Below are positions 35,134 to 40,864 of a stretch of 40,864 nt of DNA, piece by piece (the first letter of the stretch is position 1; each line of letters begins with the position of its first letter). This stretch comes from Terrimicrobiaceae bacterium (GTDB lineage: Bacteria; Verrucomicrobiota; Verrucomicrobiia; Chthoniobacterales; Terrimicrobiaceae). The stretch is from positions 1 through 40,864 of the forward strand of contig JBGSVZ010000078.1 of NCBI GenBank assembly GCA_041752695.1, read 5' to 3'. A program made the translations under genes and the position numbers. A model generated the notes under the pieces. It did no database searches and was not told the origin of the DNA. It saw only the letters and a list, made by a program, of their open reading frames with translations.

Positions 35134-36588
35134 ATGGAACCGATTAGTGAATTGCTGGCGATCCGTCGTCAGAAGCTCGAAGGACTGCGCGCACTGGGAG
35201 CGAATCCCTTCGGCCAGCGTTTTGATGTGGATGGAACCGTGGGCGACGTGCGTGCGGCCTTCGCCGAGGGCAAAGCGGTGCGCGCCGCCGGCCGCATCAC
35301 CGCCCACCGCGACATGGGCAAGAGCCAGTTCCTCGACATCTCGGATTTCAGCGGGCGCATGCAGATTTTTCTCCACGCCAAGGAAATCGGCGAGGAGGCC
35401 TTCGCGGTGCTCAAGCAACTGGACATCGGCGACTGGATTGGCGTGGAGGGTGAATGTTTTGTCACGAAAACCAAGGAACCAACGATCAAAGTAAAATCCC
35501 TCACCGCGCTCTCCAAAGCCCTGCGTCCGCTCCCCGACAAATGGCATGGCGTGCAGGACGCCGAGATCAAATACCGCCAGCGTTACCTCGACCTCATCGC
35601 CAATCCGGAGTCGCGCGAGATGTTTCGCAAACGGATCGAGATTGTCCGACGCATCCGATCGTTTCTCGGTGACCGCGGTTTCCTCGAGGTGGAAACGCCC
35701 ATGATGCAGGCCATCGCGGGCGGCGCGGCGGCGGAGCCTTTCAAGACCCATCACAACGCGCTCGGCATGGATCTTTTCCTGCGCATCGCGCCGGAACTGT
35801 ATTTGAAACGCCTGCTCGTTGGCGGCTTTACGAAAGTTTTTGAACTCAACCGTAACTTCCGCAACGAAGGCATTTCGCGCCGGCATAATCCCGAGTTCAC
35901 CATGCTGGAAGCGTATTGGGCTTTTGCGGATTTCGAATGCATGGCCGAACTGGTCGAGGAAATGGTCTGCCATCTCGCGCAGGAGGTCTGCGGTGGACTC
36001 CTCATCGAACACAAGGACGCCGAGGGCAATGTCACCAAAACCATCGACCTCACCCGCCCGTGGAATCGCGCGAGATACGCCGACCTCATTCGTTCGGTCA
36101 TCCCGGATTGGTACGACCTCGACTCCGCCGGCAAACGCGCCCGCTGTGCCGAACTCCATCTCGACATCACCCATTGCGAGGCGGACTTCGAAATGACCCA
36201 ACACGTCTTCGAAAAGTTGGTGGAGGAAAAATCCATCAACCCGCTCTACGTCACGCATTGTCCGAAGGAACTCGTGCCTCTGGCCCGGCAAAACACCGCC
36301 GACGATTCGGTGGTCGATGTTTATGAGCTTGTGATCAACGGGCAGGAAATTTCCCCCGGGTACTCTGAACTCAACGACCCTGACGTTCAGCGCGCCCGCC
36401 TCGAGCATCAGAGCGGCGGCGAGACCCAGAAACTCGACGAGGATTTTCTCACCGCCCTCGAATACGGCATGCCGCCCGCCGGCGGCATCGGCATCGGCAT
36501 CGACCGTCTTGTCATGATGCTGACCGGCGCGGAAAGCATCCGCGACGTCATTCTTTTCCCGCACATGCGGCCGGTGGCGAACGGGTAG
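35134..36588 (+). CDS. lysS: Lysine--tRNA ligase (class II)
   Basis: AGRI...RDMGK..F, KALRPLPDKWHG, YRQRYLDL, EVETPMM, LRIAPELYLKRL, RNFRNEG...HNPEFT and YGMPPAGGIGIGIDRL. Confidence 0.98.
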   Translation: MEPISELLAIRRQKLEGLRALGANPFGQRFDVDGTVGDVRAAFAEGKAVRAAGRITAHRDMGKSQFLDISDFSGRMQIFLHAKEIGEEAFAVLKQLDIGDWIGVEGECFVTKTKEPTIKVKSLTALSKALRPLPDKWHGVQDAEIKYRQRYLDLIANPESREMFRKRIEIVRRIRSFLGDRGFLEVETPMMQAIAGGAAAEPFKTHHNALGMDLFLRIAPELYLKRLLVGGFTKVFELNRNFRNEGISRRHNPEFTMLEAYWAFADFECMAELVEEMVCHLAQEVCGGLLIEHKDAEGNVTKTIDLTRPWNRARYADLIRSVIPDWYDLDSAGKRARCAELHLDITHCEADFEMTQHVFEKLVEEKSINPLYVTHCPKELVPLARQNTADDSVVDVYELVINGQEISPGYSELNDPDVQRARLEHQSGGETQKLDEDFLTALEYGMPPAGGIGIGIDRLVMMLTGAESIRDVILFPHMRPVANG

Positions 36589-36598
36589 TTCCTTCCTC

Positions 36599-37821
36599 AT
36601 GAGTGCCGAGAAACCTTCGCTCGACGGTTTGCGTATTGATCGGCGCCGTCCCGTCCCGGGACGGCATCCGTCGTGGCTGGTGCCCGGGTTGATCGCTGTC
36701 GTGATTCTGGGCGGGGGACTTTTTTGGTGGTCGAAAGGCCCCAAGGCAGTGTCCGTGCAGACGGCCCTGGCGCGGGCGGAGTCTGCGCCGGACGGAGGGG
36801 CGGGGAAAACGTTGCTCAATGCTTCGGGCTATGTGACGGCTCGCCGGGCGGCGACGGTTTCCTCCAAAGTCACTGGGAAAGTCGTGGAGGTGCTGGTCGA
36901 GGAAGGCAACAAGGTGGAGGGGGGAGACGTGCTGGCGCGCCTCGATTCCTCGAATGTCGAAGCAGGCTTGCGGCTCGCAGAAGCCCAATTGGAGGCTTCG
37001 CGGGGGATTCTGGAGGAGACCAAGCCGAACCTGGCTTTCGCGCGTCGGGAATTGAAGCGCTTCACCGATCTTGCCAAGACGAAGGTCGTGAGCGAATCGG
37101 ATCTGGGCAAGGCGGAGATGGAGGCCCGGGCCATGGAAGCCCGCTTGCTGCGCCAGGCTTCCGAGATTTCCATCCGGCAGCGCGAGGTGGAACAGTGGAA
37201 ACAACAGCTCGACGACAATGTCATCCGTGCGCCTTTTGGCGGAGTGGTGACTTCGAAAAACGCGCAGCCCGGCGAAATGATCTCGCCCATGTCCGTCGGT
37301 GGATTCACGCGCACAGGGATCTGCACCGTTGTGGATATGAGTTCCCTGGAGATCGAAGTGGACGTAAATGAAAGCTTTATCAACCGGATTCAGCCCAAAC
37401 AGCCTGTGGACGCGACACTCGACGCCTATGCGGACGTGCGTTTTCCCGGCAAGGTGATCGCCATCATCCCCACCGCCGACCGGCAGAAAGCGACGGTCAA
37501 AGTGCGGGTCGGATTCGATCAACTCGATGACCGCATTCTCCCGGACATGGGCGTGAAGGTCGCTTTCCGGTCGTCCGACGCGGTGACCGCCGCGCCGTCG
37601 AAAAACGCCGTGACCGTTCCGAAATCGGCGATCCAGAACCTCGATAGCCGTGACGTGGTCTGGGTCGTGCGGAATGGCCGTGTCGAGCGGCGTGCAGTGA
37701 CAATTTTGCAAACCAATGGCGACGAATCCACCATCGCCGCGGGATTGAGCGGCGGCGAAAAGGTCGTCATCAATCCGCCCGCCGGCCTCGCCGACGGTGG
37801 GAACGTTTCCGAAAAAAATCC

Positions 37822-37825
<4 letters not shown>
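36599..37825 (+). CDS. Efflux transporter periplasmic adaptor (MacA/HlyD family MFP)
   Basis: N-terminal TM, ASGYV, VSSKVTGKV..V.VEEG..V..GDVLARLD, coiled coil, IRAPFGGVV and LPDMGVKV. Confidence 0.92.
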
Positions 37826-38510
<685 letters not shown>

Positions 38511-38514
<4 letters not shown>

Positions 38515-39683
38515 AATTTTTCGCCCTGGTCTTCAGCAATCTGAAGCGCAGGAAGCTGCGAACGATCCTGACGCTGCTCTCGATCTTCGTGGCGTTTCTG
38601 CTCTTCGGTTTCCTCTGCGCGATCAAGGAGGCTTTCCTCGCGGGTGTCAGCATCGCCGGAGCGGACCGCCTGATTGTCCGACATAAGGTTTCTCTTATTC
38701 AACCTCTCCCCCAAAGTTACGAGGCGAAGATCGAAGCCCTTCCGGGGGTTGACGCGGTGGCCGCGCTCACCTGGTTTGGCGGCATCTATCAGGATCCCAA
38801 AGACTTCATTGCGACCTTCCCGGTCGATCCGGACAAATACCTCGATATGTATCCCGAGATCGTGGTCGCTCCCGATGTCCTAACGAAGTGGAAGCAGACG
38901 CGCAATGGTGCCATCGTGGGCAAAACCACGTTCGACCGTTTTGCCAAATCCCAAGGCTGGAAAATCGGCGACCGAATTCCCTTCACCTCACCGATCTGGG
39001 GGCAGCCGGAGGGTCAGGCGCAGTGGGAATTTGAAATTGTCGGCGTTTACACCGCAGGAAAAAAAGGCGCGGACGATACGTCGTTCATCTTCCGCTACGA
39101 CTACTTTGAGGAAGCGCGGGCGCCGGAGCGCAAAGGCACGATCGGGTGGTTTGGGGTTCGGGTCAAGGACGCTGCTCAAGCCGCTGAAGTCGCCTCCCGC
39201 ATTGATGCCCAATTTGCCAACTCCCCCCACGAGACCAAGGCTGAGGCCGAGGGCGCGTTCGCGGCGGGTTTCGCGTCGCAGGTCGGAGATATCGGGCGGA
39301 TCGTGGCCGGTGTGGTCGGCGCCGTCTTTTTTACCATCCTGCTCGTCGCGGGAAATACCATGGGCCAATCCGTCCGGGAACGGACGGAGGAGATTGGCGT
39401 TCTCAAGGCAATGGGCTACCCCAATGGCCTGGTGCTCACTCTGGTCCTTCTGGAATCGTGCCTTCTTGCCCTGCTCGGGGGACTGTCCGGCCTGGGACTC
39501 GCCTGGCTCGTTACACTCGGCGGCAGTCCGGTCCCGCAGATGCTTCCCGTCTTTGTCATCCCGCATAGGGATCTTGCGCTCGGTGGAGTTTTCGCGCTCG
39601 GCCTCGGACTTTTAGCCGGTGCCATCCCGGCGATCCAAGCCATGCGCCTGCAGATCGCGGTCGCATTGCGTAAACTCGGTTGA
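38511..39683 (+). CDS. ABC transporter permease (MacB/FtsX-like)
   Basis: RRKLRTILT plus TM1, a large periplasmic domain, NTMGQSVRERTEEIGVLKAMG and three further TMs. Confidence 0.93.
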
Positions 39684-39694
39684 CCTTTTTTTTC

Positions 39695-40864
39695 ATGAAC
39701 TGGCTCTCGCAAATTTTCGCCGTGGTTCTCTACAACTTGCGCACTATTCCTGAGCGCCTGGGTTCCGCGCTCACGGCAGCGGTGGGTATTGCCGGTGTCG
39801 TGGTGGTTCTTGTCGGCGTCCTGGCGATCGCGGCGGGTTTCCGGCGGGCGCTGACCTCCACCGGATCGAAGGACGTTGCCATTGTGATGCGCAGTGGCGC
39901 CGACTCGGAGATGAATAGTGGCCTGACCCGTGACGACACGCGGTTGATCAGCGATGCACCTGGGGTGGCACGTGGCGAGTTGGGCCCGCTCACTTCGGCA
40001 GAACTTTTTGTCATCATCAATCTGCCCAAACGTTCCACCGGCACGGACGCCAACGTGCCGCTGCGGGGCGTGAGCGCGTCGAGTTTCGCGGTGCGCGGCA
40101 ACATTGAAATCGTGGAGGGTCGGAAATTTGAGACGGGCAAAAACGAAATCATTGTCGGCACCGGCGCCGCCCGGGCTTTCGCCGGGCTCGACCTCGGAAG
40201 CGAAATCCAGATTGGCACAAACCGTTGGAAGGTCGTGGGCATCTTTAGCGCCGGCGGCGGCGCGTCTGAATCGGAAATCTGGAGCGACGCCGATGTTCTC
40301 CAACCGGCTTACAATCGCGACGGCTTCCAATCGGTCTATGCGCGGTTGAATAGCCCGGCGTCATTCCCCGACTTCAAGGACGCGCTGACGACAAATCCGC
40401 AATTGAAAGTGAAAGTCCTCACGCTCGAGGAATTTTTTGCGGATCAATCGACGATGGTCAGTGAATTCATCACGACCATCGGTGTTGCCATCGCGGCGAT
40501 GATGGCGGTCGGTGCCCTTTTTGCCGCGCTTAATACCATGTATGGCGCCGTCTCCGCCCGCACGCGCGAGATTGCCACATTACGTGCCCTTGGGTTCGGA
40601 GCCGGACCCATTGTCATCTCGGTGCTCGCGGAGTCCGTCGTCATTGCGCTCGTGGGTGGCCTGCTCGGTGCGGCTGCCGCGTGGCTGGCCTTCGACGGCT
40701 ACCAGGCTTCCACGATCAATTGGCAGACCTTCAGCCAGGTCACATTCGCTTTCGCTGTGACGCCCGCGCTGCTTGGGCAGGCGATGCTTTGGGCCACCGT
40801 GCTTGGCCTGCTCGGCGGCCTTTTCCCCGCGGTGCGCGCCGCGCGGCTGCCGATCGCGGCGGCG
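39695..40864 (+). CDS. Second ABC transporter permease (MacB/FtsX-like), 3'-truncated by window edge
   Basis: Hand-translated (no stop in window, so not in the ORF track): MNWLSQIFAVVLYNLRTIPERLGS..., NTMYGAVSARTREIATLRALGF, ending GGLFPAVRAARLPIAAA. Confidence 0.92.
   Translation, partial: MNWLSQIFAVVLYNLRTIPERLGSALTAAVGIAGVVVVLVGVLAIAAGFRRALTSTGSKDVAIVMRSGADSEMNSGLTRDDTRLISDAPGVARGELGPLTSAELFVIINLPKRSTGTDANVPLRGVSASSFAVRGNIEIVEGRKFETGKNEIIVGTGAARAFAGLDLGSEIQIGTNRWKVVGIFSAGGGASESEIWSDADVLQPAYNRDGFQSVYARLNSPASFPDFKDALTTNPQLKVKVLTLEEFFADQSTMVSEFITTIGVAIAAMMAVGALFAALNTMYGAVSARTREIATLRALGFGAGPIVISVLAESVVIALVGGLLGAAAAWLAFDGYQASTINWQTFSQVTFAFAVTPALLGQAMLWATVLGLLGGLFPAVRAARLPIAAA

Noticed and set aside
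34921..36819. 632-aa minus-strand ORF
   Set aside because: It is antisense to lysS, and its tail is a translation of the 9-mer repeat.

Overview
High-GC bacterial chromosomal window. Gene content and repeat style suggest Verrucomicrobiota (Chthoniobacterales-like), which is an inference. It is mostly housekeeping. From left to right: 5'-truncated hrpA, a GH172/DUF2961 gene divergent from an AraC regulator, a UbiB/ABC1 kinase, a molybdopterin operon (moaA-moaD-moaE-moeA-moaC-mog) with a possible ModE box, a Lys/Ala-rich histone-like protein, lrp plus aminotransferase, nth, a 1038-aa TPR protein, EEP and HAD hydrolases, nusA-infB with a leader terminator hairpin, PBP2, cupin, SDR, polyprenyl synthase, radC, lpxA, larC, lysS and a MacAB/FtsX-type ABC exporter cut by the right edge. 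The accessory signals are in the gaps. (1) A ~4 kb patch at 27.5-31.4 kb holds a secreted beta-helix protein, a perfect 21-bp inverted repeat and a dead integron-integrase remnant with an internal deletion and a catalytic Tyr->Ser change. (2) A ~500-bp cassette between purine-rich inverted repeats carries a small ORF and an apparently truncated nucleotidyltransferase missed by the ORF track. (3) At least four small repeat families occur (GTAG-REP/REPIN, 9-mer GCGGATGAC, purine hexamer, heptamer); two of them appear to supply start codons for nth and mrdA. No rRNA, tRNA or CRISPR array was seen. No complete, intact novel system could be demonstrated.
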